Positions 26,278 to 39,149 of a DNA stretch of 64,000 nt are shown piece after piece. The translations under genes and the position numbers were made by a program. The stretch is taken from the NCBI RefSeq assembly GCF_020745735.1, contig NC_083439.1, positions 20,164,596 through 20,228,595 of the forward strand, read 5' to 3'. Origin of the DNA: Hemiscyllium ocellatum (Eukaryota). Every line of letters starts with the position of its first letter. The first letter of the stretch is position 1. The notes under the pieces were generated by a model. It was not told the DNA's origin, did no database searches, and was given only the letters and a program-made list of their open reading frames with translations.

Positions 26278-27299
26278 AGACCCACTGTGTTGATACATGA
26301 TGACTGGGCATTTGGGTGAGCTAATAAGTAGCAGCTGACACCCATAAAACAGCTGGCCAGCAAACATTACCATCACCATGACAGAAAGTGAGAAAATTGG
26401 AAACATATGGCTCTCGGTAACAAAGAACTACACCATGTATTCCCCCAAGTTTCTTCTCCCTCATAAGAACAAGCTTAGTCTCAAGATCCCTCCCTATAAA
26501 CCATGATCCTGGGTTTCATTATCATCTTTGTTGTCCTTCTCTGAATCCTCTTCAATCAATGAACAGAAGTGTCTAAGTAGGATGTCCAAAACAGCAGAGA
26601 ATGGGTGGCAGTTAAGGCTTTATTGGAAGTACTCTTGTCTCTAAGTCAGAAGGTTAAGTGTTCTCACCTGCACTAGCTCAATAGTGATCCCATCAGCAAC
26701 AAACATCAGAAAGAAACAGCCTGTGAATAGAGGAGCAACGGGCTGTTAGGAAAGTAAGCAAAAGCAATGAGGAAGTCGCCAGGGACCACCTTTAGCTGAA
26801 ACCTGAGCTGGAAAATATTTACCAGAGGTGAGAGTCTGCGTAAGGACTGAAAGAGATGGCTGCAAGAGGTCTGTAGAGAGGTAGAGAAGTTGCAAGATGG
26901 GCATGCAAGGAGAATGGGCTGCAGAATGGGTGTAGGGAAGAACAGGGATGAAAGATGGGTGTAGGGAAAGAAGAATGCAGAAGGTTGTGGGAGAGGAGGC
27001 TGCAATGAAGAGGGAACAGTTCTAAACCTGAGAACAGAAGAATGCTCAGCACTTTTTCAAGTAATTAATTCCTCATAAATTAATGTAGAATCTCTAGTTT
27101 AAGGTTGAAAAATTTGGGAATTATTTGGAACAAATTTGGTGAACCCTACTATCATGAACAGTGTTAATTGTTAACTTTAAATCTCAGTCTAAGATCGCAG
27201 ATGCAGAAGGTAGTTATTGCCAGGTTAAAATTTTCCAGTTTGGTGCATATGCAATGGAAATGTATTAGTTGTGACTTCAGAGTGTGGAATGTGTAAAGG

Positions 27300-27624
27300 T
27301 TAGATTACTTACATTAGATTAGATTACTTACAGTGTGGAAACAGGCCCTTCGGCCCAACAAGTCCACACCGACCCGCCGAAGCGCAACCCACCCATACCC
27401 CACATTTACCCCTTACCTAACACTACGGGCAATTCAGCATGGCCAATTCACCAGACCCGCACATCTTTGGACTGTGGGAGGAAACCGGAGCACCCGGAGG
27501 AAACCCACGCAGACACGGGGAGAACGTGCAAACTCCATACAGTCAGTCGCCTGAGTCGGGAATTGAACCCGGGTCTCAGGCGCTGTGAGACAGCAGTGCT
27601 AACCACTGTGCCACCGTGCCGCCC
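27300..27624 (-). mobile_element. Full-length young HE1-like V-SINE
   Basis: CpG-rich; GGGCGGCACGGTGGCACAGTGG head, B box, V-domain, duplicated TGTAAGTAATCTAA tail. Confidence 0.9.
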
Positions 27625-28925
27625 ACACAGGTGATGGCTTTTTGTATCTGCAAGTATATGTCAGTTGTTCTGGGGGAAAAAAAACATTTGTTGCTAATTT
27701 ATGTCTATTGTCTTGAACCAATCTAAATACAGAGGTATGTAGGAAATTAAGGCATTCCTTGTGGTTTGTGCCCTAAATGTAATAGAGAGATTATCATTGA
27801 GGATATTGGTGGATTCTTCTCAATTTGTTCTCCTACCTCAAATGTCAATACAAGTACAGAAGGTATTATTATTATTACTACACAACTGCACCACTAACGA
27901 ATAACTTAATGAGAACGTAAAAGTAGCCTGCGTAAACCAAAAAGCACCATTTGAGACAATCTCAAAAGGATCCCTAGAAAAAAGATATTGTGATCACTGA
28001 TACCCACTACACCATGAGAAATCAGTAAATAATCTATCATCTTCAGCTTTGTTTGTGGGCTATCAATATTCTGTTTGCATCTTTTAATTCTACAATCATG
28101 GTCAAAATTAAATAATACACATTATCCATGGTCATAGCATTTTATTCTTCTATCCTTTCAATCTGTTTTTCTCAGGATTGAAAAGTATAAAACTACTCAG
28201 TAAAACTTGTCAATTTAAATAGAGTGCTGGTTACACTTTAAGACCATAAAAAAAATCATCTGTTTGAATTGAAGCACAATCACACCATAAACAATGACAG
28301 ATTCTGCTGAAGTGGACAGGCAGGAGCTGGAACAACCCAGCCTCCTGCCTGCCTACTTTGGATTCCAGCATCTGTAGGGTTTTTCTTGGTCTCTAACCAA
28401 GATTCTGCTGAAGGTCAATTTCATTAATGTATTTAAACATCTACTACACTATACTGAATTGTTAACAACAGGAAGGTCAATTGATTAAAACAACCACCTT
28501 CCAAGGAATGACAATGTTTTTGCTCAGCACTGCAACATAAAAATCAGAAGTTCAGTAACCAAAGGATTGGGATTTCAAACCTGTGACATAACAATTTTAA
28601 TGGTGCAAGATCTGAATTAACCATAACCCTCAACACTGCTGTTCCTAGTCTGTCTACTTTTAACTGTTTGTCTGTCTCCAAGGTGTCTATTCTGTATCGG
28701 GCAGATCCAACTATAATACATCAGTGTCCTCTTCCTTCCTTTGGAAAAACTGGTTTGTCTTTCCTATGTCTGGCTGAGATGATGAATGTTTTTTTTTTCT
28801 CCTAGCCACAATCTTTTAAAGCGTAATTCTTTTTAATCATTAAGTTTAACAAGATATTTCTTTTCTTAATTTTTTTTAAATTGCTCTTCTGCTTGGACTG
28901 TATTTTAGAAGGATCTAACTTATTT

Positions 28926-29555
28926 ATGATTTGGAGATGCCGCTGTTGGACTGGGGTGTACAAAGTTAAAAATCACACAACACCAGGTTATAGTCCAACA
29001 GGTTTAATTGGAAGCACACTAGCTTTCGGAGCGTCGCTCCTTCATCAGGTGATAGTGGAGGGCTCAATCCTAACACACAGAATTTATAGCAAAAATTTAC
29101 AGTGTGATGTAACTGAAATTATACATTGAAAAATTGATTGTCTGTTCAGCCTTTCATTTGTTAGAATACCATGATAGTTTCACTTCTTTCATGTGTGAAT
29201 CACAAAACCCTTTTTTTAAAAAAGTTCATTCTCGGGTTAATTGTTAACAATGGTGATAGCTAGACAATATGTTATCACCATTGTTAACAGCTAACCCCAG
29301 ACTGAAACTTTTTTTAAAAAGTTTTGTGATTTACAATAGAATACAATGATAGTTTCACTTCTTTCAACAGATGAAAGGCTTAACAGACAATCAATTTTTC
29401 AATGTATAATTTCAGTTATATCACACTGTAAATTTTTGCTATTAATTCTGTGTGTTAGGATTGAGCCCTCCACTATCACCTGGTGAAGGAGTGTCGCTCT
29501 GAAAGCTAGTGTGCTTTCAATTAAACCTGTTGGACTATAACCTGGTGTTGTGATT
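28926..29555. mobile_element. Long fold-back Penelope-like pLTR insertion, family A
   Basis: About 300-nt inverted arms around a loop at 29261-29270, tail on the left, TSD TCTAACTTATTTA (28914-28926/29556-29568). Confidence 0.88.
29017..29051 (-). ncRNA. Minimal type I hammerhead ribozyme motif (family A), core intact
   Basis: CAC-CUGAUGA-A-GGAGC(GAC)GCUCC-GAAA-GCUA-GUG; the partner arm at 29477-29511 (+) has a mutated core, CUGGUGA. Confidence 0.8.
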
Positions 29556-30639
29556 TCTAACTTATTTAGGTCATATTGAGAAAGAAACATTAATGAGCTA
29601 AATATTTTTCTCCTAATTAGCTGATGATTTCTTTTAAGAAAATACAGCAACTATACAATTATGCTCATGTTGACTAAGCAGAAACCAAAAACTAACATTC
29701 TGTTGTTAAGGAATGGGTTACAGTTGTCAAGAATCTGTAATTCACGTCATGGCAATGCAATCAGATTTCTTCACTAAAAAAAATGCTATAGTTTAAACCC
29801 AAGTTAAAATTAACGTTGATACCAACTGGATTTTAGCATATTAATAACTGCAGGGCTATCAACACACACAAACACAAAAATTCAAAAGTTGCTCTCTGAA
29901 ATGCCCTGCTTCTCCAAGGGGTATGTTGATACATTGCTCCCTGAAAACTAACTGCAACCACATAAGCTTGGGGGCTCACCCACTAGCTATGCATTAATAC
30001 ACGGCTAAAAAGTTAAGGCTGATGCTTAAGTTAGTTTTTAATGGCGCAATAACTGACCAATACTTTTGAACAACTTCGCTGGCTCTGAGACATTAATTTT
30101 CCAATTGCAGAGTTCCAGTACCTCAAAGGAAATAACTGTTGCAGAAGAAAACAAAAGATTTTGTTTTACTTTGTCTTTTTTTTATCTTCCTCTTTTAATC
30201 CCACTTGTATTTCCCCAAATCATATTGCTTTTTCTATGTCAATTAAATGGTAACTTAGATTTCTTGTTTTATTCCATGTGCTTTAGTGAGGATGCTTCAA
30301 TCTTATTGATTGAAGAGTTTGGCTGTTGCTTGCCTTTTCCACAGGCATCAAGCTAGAAAAGACATTGGAAATCCCCACAGACATGCTTGTGAAAGCTCCC
30401 TGAGCAGTTCTCAATGAGGTGAATGGCAAAAACCTGACTGTTCCTTCGCAGTTGAGAGCAACATCCAGGTCATTAACATTAAAAGGGACTTTATGGAAAA
30501 GGGTAACATCAGCTCCAGTATAAAGGTTGAATTGAGCCCAAAATTACAGGATAAAAATCTTTCTGATTGAAAAAGAATTGAATTTGTAGTCAGATCCAGT
30601 TCTAAGAAGTGAACCAGCAACATAACGTACCCATATTTC

Positions 30640-31110
30640 ATATTTCAGTGATCTGAGCTACAGCACTTAGTGCAAGCTGGAAGAACAGCATCTCATTTTC
30701 TGTCTGGGGACTCTGCAGCCTTCAGGACTCAATATTGAGTTCAATCATTTTAGGGCCTGAGCACCTTCTCCCATGTCCACACCCAAACCCTCAAAGGCCT
30801 TGTCATCACATTAGCAACTACTGATTCCCCCAATGTGACCTTTACCCATGCCTTTGTCTGTCTAACTGTTGTTCTCTCTCTCTTGAGGCTTCACCTCCAC
30901 CTCTTGTTTACTCCTCTCTGCCCCCATTCCCCTACTCCATCTTCAGCATATATACCAACCTTTACCTAGCTACATTCAGTTCTGAAGAAGGCTCACCAAA
31001 CCTGAAATGTTCATTCTGTTTTCTCTCCACAGGTGGTGCCAAACTTGCTGAGTTTTCTGAGCAATTTCTGTTTATGTTCCTGATTTACAGGATCATAAGC
31101 TCTTTTTCTT
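30640..31110 (+). mobile_element. Degenerate family D PLE 3' part (GIY-YIG tail remnant plus pLTR)
   Basis: Decayed EEQHLIFCLGTLQPSGLNIEF-like frame; CTGAAGA...GAAATGTT at 30982-31011. Confidence 0.65.
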
Positions 31111-33439
31111 TTGAGTTTTTATTGACTTTTACCCTATACTGTTCTGAAGCTGAGAACTCTTAACATTAAGACTTGGTTTAAAGATTTGCTGGTTATTGGT
31201 CAATTTATTCTCTCAATGCCCTTTGACTATGACTCGTTAATGTATAGGTGATCTTTGTTTTATATTCCTATGTATTGCACCTGTCTGCACTCTGCAATTC
31301 AAATTATTGTTTTAGAAATAAAGGGAGTACGAAAGGAATTTTGTTGGAAAGCTAAACTGGTTAAGGATAGCCAAAAGTGTGAATGTTAAACGGAAAGCTA
31401 CATTTGCTGTCAACCAACTACAGGAGGGCATACTCGCCACTTATGAAAACCCTCCCATGGAAAAATATGGTTTTGGATTGACAGATTGCTTTGAGATTTG
31501 ATTTCAAGTGAATCCTTACAGTCAAGATATAAAAATATTAAAACACTAATACAGCAAAATACACATGCTCTTCACCATAGAGTGAGTGAGACATTGAGGA
31601 GAGCAGTGACCAGCAGGGAAAGCAGCAACAATGGACGCACCACCTCTGGGTCCAGCGTGTGGGCACATGATGATATCAGCAGCACTGACTTCCTGTTCAA
31701 GTGTGTAGGTAAGAGGTGCACATGGTAAAAGGAAGTAAAATTAACGTCAAAGTGAGTTTTTGCTTTTGGACCACTTTGGAATCGAACAGCTTTTAAATAA
31801 TTAACTTAAAAAGGATACATAGATTTGAACACAGGTTTAAAAAAAGTTACAGTTTAAAAGCTTGTGCTACGAAGTATGTATGATGCTGCTTTTAAATTTG
31901 TTATTCTTAATTAGAAGCTTCCCTTGTCCTCAGGAATTAAACAGTGTATTTTCTCTGCTTTAAAGCTTCAAGTAATTTTCTTGATTTCAGGCAACTTTAT
32001 AGTATTTAGTACTCACTTTCTTTGAGGCTTTTAATATGTGCCTATCCTGATGCCTTTGTCATTCATTACAGAATATATTGTTCTTCAAACAAAGCTAATT
32101 TCAAAGGAACCAAGGCAAAATTGGTTGCATATTTGACAACATGCATCTAGTCAGCAACCAAACATAACATGGTACAATTCAAACAAAATCAGAATTCTCC
32201 AGGTATACTGGACAATATTCATCTTTGACTAATAACACCAAAAGAAAAATAAATAGTTATTTATCTAATTACCACACAGATGGCCAGACACTGCTGGTCT
32301 AGCATATCTGCGTTATCTGTCTTTACAACAAGTCATTCAAACAAATAATGTATGGGGTAAATATTGAGAAATGTTTAATGACATGATAAGATGCAGTTTA
32401 ATTAGGTGCCACCAATTTATTGGAAGTTCTGAAATGAATGCCATCTGGTGGACTTGCAAATGTATTACAGTTCATGGTTTTGATGATTTCACCTTGAATG
32501 AAAGTTAAGATTAGCATTACTCAGATGATCATAGAAGAGAAAGATCATCTGCCTATATTTATTCATCTATCCCTTCGGACATTAAACATCCTCCATTGCG
32601 ACATCAAACTGATCCTTAAATTATTTGGGAATTTTGCATTCATTATGGGGAATGTTTTCCATGATCACAATGAGAGAAGAACTCTTTGACATCAATTCGC
32701 CATTTGCTTTCAAAGAGCTTGAAACTATGAAAATTTAAAGCAGTTTTCTGAATTTAGCTTTTCTCTACCACTTACATATTCCACATATAACGTACAATGA
32801 TTAGGCGGATTCCTCAAATTTATAGTATCTACTCGAAATTCAGTTACCTCATTTTCCAGTTAATAAATGTCAAGAATGTTTAAAAATTTGAAAGTTACAA
32901 AAGACCCTTAAAACCCAAAGAAGAAAACCTACAGTGTAGAAATTGATATTTGTGATATGCACACAATCTGATCTTTGAGTACTGTTTCTGCTTGCCTTGA
33001 GGGTTACAGCAACTGCTTACAATTTAAGATAAAAAATAGCGGAATCTGAGACTGGTGGGTCGAGTTCATTATCTGCCATCCAATTCTCATGTTGCAAATC
33101 AGATAAGCTGACTTTATTTCTACATGACAGAGCTCTTTCTCATGGCCTCATGGTTCACTAACACATGTTGCCCTTCCATTGTGCATTCAAATTACTTTCG
33201 GAGCAAAATGCTCGCATTTGGCCTCAAATTAATCACTCAGTCAGACTACTCAATTTTCTCATCATCTACGGCCCAAAATTGCTTCTTGTTCATTTAAATA
33301 TTCTAACTTTATCATCGCTGCAAACTACATGAAGGTGTGACATTATCACTGAAAAGTATCCAGACAATTAAAGGCATTAATAACATAACTCAAAGGATTG
33401 ATGGAGTAGATGGAGAGCAACAATTCCCTCTGGTAGCAG

Positions 33440-34058
33440 TGATATGGACAAGACCAAAATATACCAAGAGGATAACCTAGACCCTAACTTTTGCTTATTT
33501 TAAAGGCAAGTGCGAGGCATTACATTCTGGATGCAATTCAATTGGTCAAACTGTCAGTCTTGAAGCAAAACACACTTTATTCATACGCTGTAGTTAGACT
33601 ACACCAAAAGAAAGAAGAAATTGGAATAACAACTCTACTGGAAACAGAAGCATAGATTATTTAATTACTAAACAGCAACTGTTCCAATATAGTATCATCC
33701 CATAAACACACCCTTGGCAAAGGCAAATTCAGTCAAATAGATTGTCTCATATTCAATTCTCCAGTCCAGGAGGAAAAACATCAAGAGAAAACTCTTGAGA
33801 GAGTGAGGAGGAGGGAGAGATGTACTGTCACTTCCAAACTCAAGACCCCAGCAATTGCTACTGAAAAACGTAAGCTAAAAATCTTTATGTGGGAAATTGA
33901 CCCCCACCATTCAGACTGCTTCAATTGGTCCAATTTTTTTTGTAAGAAAATCCCAAGGCCTTAAAAGCTATTTATTGTCTTTGGAGCAGACTGCCCAGTA
34001 CCTCCGTCACAACCTTTCTTCATTAAAACACACGTCTTAAAGCCACAGTATTGTCACA
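33440..34058 (-). mobile_element. Solo LTR inserted in a CR1 3' end
   Basis: TG...CA, TSD GCAG/GCAA; related to 62005-62677. Confidence 0.7.
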
Positions 34059-34222
34059 GCAAAGTCTAGAACGAGGAGGTATAACTTTAACATTAGAGTT
34101 AGGCCATTCACAGAGGTGATGTCAGAAAGCATTTCTGCACACAAAAGGCAGTGGAGCTCTCAACCTTTCTTCCCCCAAAAGCTAAGTTAGTTCAAAAGTC
34201 AAAACTGAAGTGATACATTGTT

Positions 34223-34470
34223 CACATGACTAAGCTTCCATTCTTTGCTTTCTCTTAGTGAACTCCATTGCACCATCTGTCCATCACTTTGGCATCCCTT
34301 GTCCAACAAAGCATTCAATGCTGTGCAAAACTTTCTAAATATCACTTAACTGATGATTAGTGGAGGTTTAGAATTAAAACATAAAACAGAATTTTTACCC
34401 TGTGCTCCTTTTTAAAAAAAAGGATCAGGGAACCTCAAGTGAATCACACATTATAGGCGAGGAGGATAAA
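34223..34470 (+). repeat. About 240-nt diverged dispersed duplication, copy 1 (copy 2 at 35632-35868)
   Basis: Shared blocks such as GTGCAAAACTTTCTAAATA and GAACCTCAAGTGAATCACACAT. Confidence 0.9.
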
Positions 34471-34979
34471 TACAGGGATTCAAGGCAGATAGGTTGGGTT
34501 AAGATACAGATCAGCCATCATCTAACAGAACGGCCAAATGTTCTTGCAGGCTGACTGGCCTCTCTCTGTTATGATATTTTGTCCCAAACTTATCCACACT
34601 GACAATCCATAGAAGTGAGGATAAAATTATGTGTATATATGAATGATCTACAAGTTCATGGTCCTGAAATATAAGCACAATGAAAGGAGAAAACAACGAT
34701 GTTCAGTATTGGCACGATTGGGCTTTAATTTGCGAAACTGTGAGCCATATATTTTTATATTTATAAAATAAAAGGAATTGAAAATAATGTCTTTTCTCCT
34801 TGTTTTATTGCCCATACACATTAGAATGTAAATTACTCATATTATTTCACAAAACTAATATTTTAATATTGTTAAGTAATACTTTAATACATCCTCTAGA
34901 AATGTGTACCGAGGAACAAAGTTCAAGAAGGCATAAAGCAATTATAATGTACTTGTTAGAGCTTTGTTCAGGAACTCAC

Positions 34980-35190
34980 CATGCTGTGTGTTCTGGCTGA
35001 GGATGGTGCTGCACAGCTCTTCTTGACTGATCCCAAGATGTTGACAAACCTCCTCTCTGCTGTAAGGTTCTGGATGCAGAGTTTGCTCCACAGTTGAAAT
35101 CATTGTCTCCAGATTGACTCCCAGTTCAGTTTGTAAGTCTCCCAATTTTAACAGTTTCTCCCACTTGACACCTTTTGCTTTTGCTAGTAT
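34980..35190 (-). CDS. GALK2: GALK2 coding exon 8, ILAKAKGVKWEKLLKLGDLQTELG...LHPEPYSREEVC...ILSQNTQH
   Basis: 211 nt, tgtttag|ATA...CAT G|gtgagt; phase 0/1; overlaps ORF 34942..35145. Confidence 0.95.
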
Positions 35191-36069
35191 CTAAACAGCA
35201 AAGAGAGTCAAATGTTCAGCATTACATTTAAAATTATTTAAACAGGTCTCCAAGCACACCATAAAATAGCTTGACAAGAAAATGAATTTAACTGGGCCAT
35301 TTTCTAGTACAATATCTTATAGCATCTGTGATACTTTAGTAATGATGTGATCTCAGAAAGAGATCTGAAAGAGAATTAAAGACATTTCTTGTTTGCTGAT
35401 AATTGTTTAGACATCGATTTGAAAACATTTTTCTTTAGTCTGTAGGTTACTTTTGTGCTGTGTGCTAAGGTAAGAAAAAGATATGGTATGAATGGCCTAT
35501 AACATTTCTTGATTCATATATCAGAAACAGCATTTCTCTACATTCCTCTCAGAACCACTCAAAGCTCTATGAACACCTCTATGAGTCTCACTTTAAATTT
35601 TCTCTCTTCTATTTAACAGTCAGAGTTTATGCACATGATTAGACTTCCATTCTTTGTATTTACTTAGTGAGCACCAGCTTCACCATCTTGCCATGACCTT
35701 CATATCCCTTGACCAATAAAGCTTTCAAGGCAGTGCAAAACTTTCTAAATACAATTTAACTAATGATTTAGAAATAGAATTTAACTCCAATTTTTACTCC
35801 ACCTCTCTGTTAAAAAAAAGGATCAGAGAACCTCAAGTGAATCACACATGATAGGTGAGGAGGAAAAAGAAGGTTCTGGCTGGAGAGCCAGCTCAAGGCT
35901 GCCTTCAATGTCAGATTTCCAGAATGATTGCAATCTAGGATCTACATATCTTCAGAACACCATAAATTCATAAATAATGTAAAAAGAATATGAAGCACCT
36001 TGCAAAGTATTTCTACTCGGAATGGAGAAGTCCATTATGTGTACCTGGGCAGTGATATTTGCTTGTCAA

Positions 36070-36450
36070 AGCGATGTCACTCTTGAATGCATTGCACCTT
36101 CAGGACAATTTATAATGGTCCAAAGTTGCACTGTCATCCCCTACCAACGATCTACCAACAAGTGCAATAGAATCATTAGCCCCAATGATAACAAGTATGT
36201 GATATTAACTCACTATACCTAGATATGGACAACTCAGTACATTGACAGGGTTTCAATAACTTCATACCACACAGCAAGCAGAATCCTTGAGGGCTTGTCT
36301 AGCTGGTCTTGAAATTTCACTGAATAATGATGAAACTGTCAACTGCCATAGGATAAATATGCTCTGCCAGCTTTAGATTGGTAGTTATCCACGTGATCTG
36401 ACATTGATGGCGAATCACATGCTGAAACATGAGAAGCCAACCTGTATGAG
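36070..36450 (-). mobile_element. Possible highly decayed Harbinger/HARBI1-like transposase remnant
   Basis: Weak motif echoes (FAINVR ~ FHSINVQ; IFILWQLTVSSLF ~ AFILRQSSVPxLF); many stops. Confidence 0.3.
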
Positions 36451-37379
36451 TTGTTCATAATCTCCCAAAGAGGAGCCTCATTCAAAGGTACTCATTGCCT
36501 GAGTAAGAGACTCAGCATAAATAAGTGGAGGTCAGCTGAAAGCCACTTCTCTGTCCTTACTGAGTGATACCAACAAACCTTTCACTCCTGCAAGACCTTT
36601 GGCTTTGGTCACTGTGTGATCCTGGATGCATTTCCTGCAGCAGCCTCCGTCTCTCACATAGCACTGCTGAGCAGATGATGATGCCTGTGATTGTCAGCAG
36701 TTCTGAGCAGGTGGGTCTTTCTGCCTTTAGGGCCCTTTAGGGTCCGGATGGTACAGCAATTGTCTGTATTTTGGAAAGGTTTCTCCATAGGAGGCAATAC
36801 GGATTTCTCACTGGCTCTCCAGCTGGTGGACGAGAGACCCTATCACCCCTACAAAATTCCTTACTCAGAGCAACTAGCACAAATACAAAATTTAGCCTCA
36901 TGTTGCAAGGCAACTAATTGCAATGATATTAAAATAATATTCAGATTCCACAGTGTCCAAATGGTCAGAGACCAGACATCCCCTGAAGGTGTGCTACCGA
37001 ACCCTTCAGAACTCCATGCAAGGACTTGCCAGGAAGTTGAACTACTGATTGGTAATTCTTCTGCTCCCTGGACCATTTTAAAAAGACTCTGATTCTTGAA
37101 TTAGAGTCAGAGAAATTGGACGGATAATTACCCAGGAAATATTAAACAGGAACAAACCCAAGTCTAGTTCCTGTGAGAGTAAGCTACTGAGCCCTGATCA
37201 CTCACACAGATCCCTAACTCACCACACCCCTGACTTGACCTATTCCAACTACCTCTCTATGGCACATCCTCTGCAAACTCCTTCCCCCACTCCCCGACCC
37301 CTCTCCTAACCACAACCTACCTACCGCTCACTCACTCTTACTTAGAGTGCATTCTTGCCTTGACCACTTACCTCTCCCA

Positions 37380-37548
37380 GGAGAAAGTGAGGTCTGCAGA
37401 TGCTGGAGATCAGAGCTGAAAATGTGTTGCTGGAAAAGCGCAGCAGGTCAGGCAGCATCCAAGGAACAGGAAATTTGATGTTTCAGGCATAAGCCCTTCA
37501 TCAGGAATCCTTGGATGCTGCCTGACCTGCTGCACTTTTCCAGCAACA
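37380..37548. mobile_element. Short fold-back family B PLE terminus with hammerhead motif at 37473-37508 (-)
   Basis: AUUC-CUGAUGA-AGGGC(UUAU)GCCU-GAAA-CAUC; 15-bp TSD CACTTACCTCTCCCA (37365-37379/37549-37563). Confidence 0.85.
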
Positions 37549-39149
37549 CACTTACCTCTCCCACCCTGCTCTCAGAAACAGGAACTCAGTAGATCTGATA
37601 GCATCTGTCGAGAGAAAGCAGAATAAATGTTTCTGATCCACCTTTGGACCTGAAATGTTAACTCTGCTGTCTCTTCATAGATACTGCCAGACCTGGTGAG
37701 TTTCTCCAGCAATGTGGATGATCCATTTCAGCCTTCTCCAGTGGTCCCCAGCATTACGGATACCAGTCTTCAGTCAATCGATTCACTCCATGTGATATCA
37801 ATAAAAGGTTGGAGGCACTGGAGACTGAAAAGTCTATGGGTCTTGACAACATTCTGGCCAAGTACTTGTGCTGGAGTTGCAGCTCCCCTAGCTACGCTGT
37901 TCCAGTAGAGTTACAACATTGGCATTTACCCAACAATGTGAAATATTGCCCAGGTATTTCCTGTACACAAAAAGCAGGAAAATTCAATCTAGACAATCAG
38001 CACTTCTCAGTCTGTTCTCTATCAGAAAAGTGAGGGTAAGTGTCTTCAGAAGTGAATTTTAAAAAGTTCTGATTTTGTTTCAGATTTCCAGCATATGTAT
38101 TTTGGTCCTTTATTTGTTTTCTTTTCTCTTACACACAGTGTAAAAAAAAACTTCCATAGCTTTCAAAGAAGGGTGTGGATATTTGAACCTCCTTTCGAAG
38201 ATCACTGAGAGGAAGTTAAATTTATAAGTTTATTTGTCTGATCAGGATCAGCAATAGGGTTTTCGATCCTGACTAGACAATTTGGGTCAATAGGTTGTGC
38301 CTACATCTTTATTTCTTTCATATTCAATTTTTTTCCCATCATGATTGTTTGCTGCTGTTCCAATCTACTTAAAACACTTAGTGTGGCTCAGAAGAAAATG
38401 TGACAAATCTACTCCAATTCCAGTAACTGGTTTCAGTGATGAGAATTGGTATTAGTGAATACATAATCATGTTTCACAATACATAATGCAGTGAGATTAA
38501 CATTTAAGCTGAAGTGCCTTAAGAATAATGGCCAAGAATTTGCCGAGCTTTTGACTGTAAATGTCAGTGTTCACCCTCATCAGTCATCTGAAGCTGACCA
38601 CAACCTCAGAACGTGGTGCAAACACAAATGAATGCAACAATCCTGAAGGTTCAGTCTAGTCATTCAGTGCCTTACTCTAGGTTACACTGTTAACCGCCCT
38701 TCCCTACACAATACCTATGTCCAATCCACGCAACATCTTGAACCAGCAATAACTGGCATCAGCTAATATACCAAGAACTTTTGTTTTTCTATTCTGCATT
38801 ACTGTTACATATGCATTATAGAGTTCAGCCTGTTCCTTAACGTGTAACAGAATTTTAAGTGGTGATTGAGCTCAGAACTGTTGCCGGACAAGCAACCTGT
38901 CCCAGAAGAAAAAGACTGTGGCATGTTATCGAGTGTCTTAATTTTGACTAATCATTAGATTTTTTAAAAATTTATTTTCAAAAATTAAGCATTTTGCATA
39001 TATCAGCTTCTACCTTCATCCTGTGTGTACGCCCCAGTCCTTGATCCACCCTGTAATTTCGTTTTTGATAATCTGATTACTTGTGCTTTTTATTTCCTGC
39101 TGGGTCTTTGTGGGAATTCTTTATAGTGATACTAAAGAAGTTGAATCTC

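Noticed and set aside
26780-27040. Purine-rich degenerate repeats (and a pyrimidine-rich mirror-like tract at 43720-44160)
   Set aside because: Low complexity with no stable period; the ORFs are compositional artefacts.
27333-27634. ORFs over SINE copies
   Set aside because: Antisense reading of HE1-like SINEs, not genes.
31575-31715. GC-richer patch with ATG and strong AG|GTAAGA donor on the plus strand
   Set aside because: Only a 25-codon ORF and no partner exon; an antisense exon cannot be supported without RNA data.
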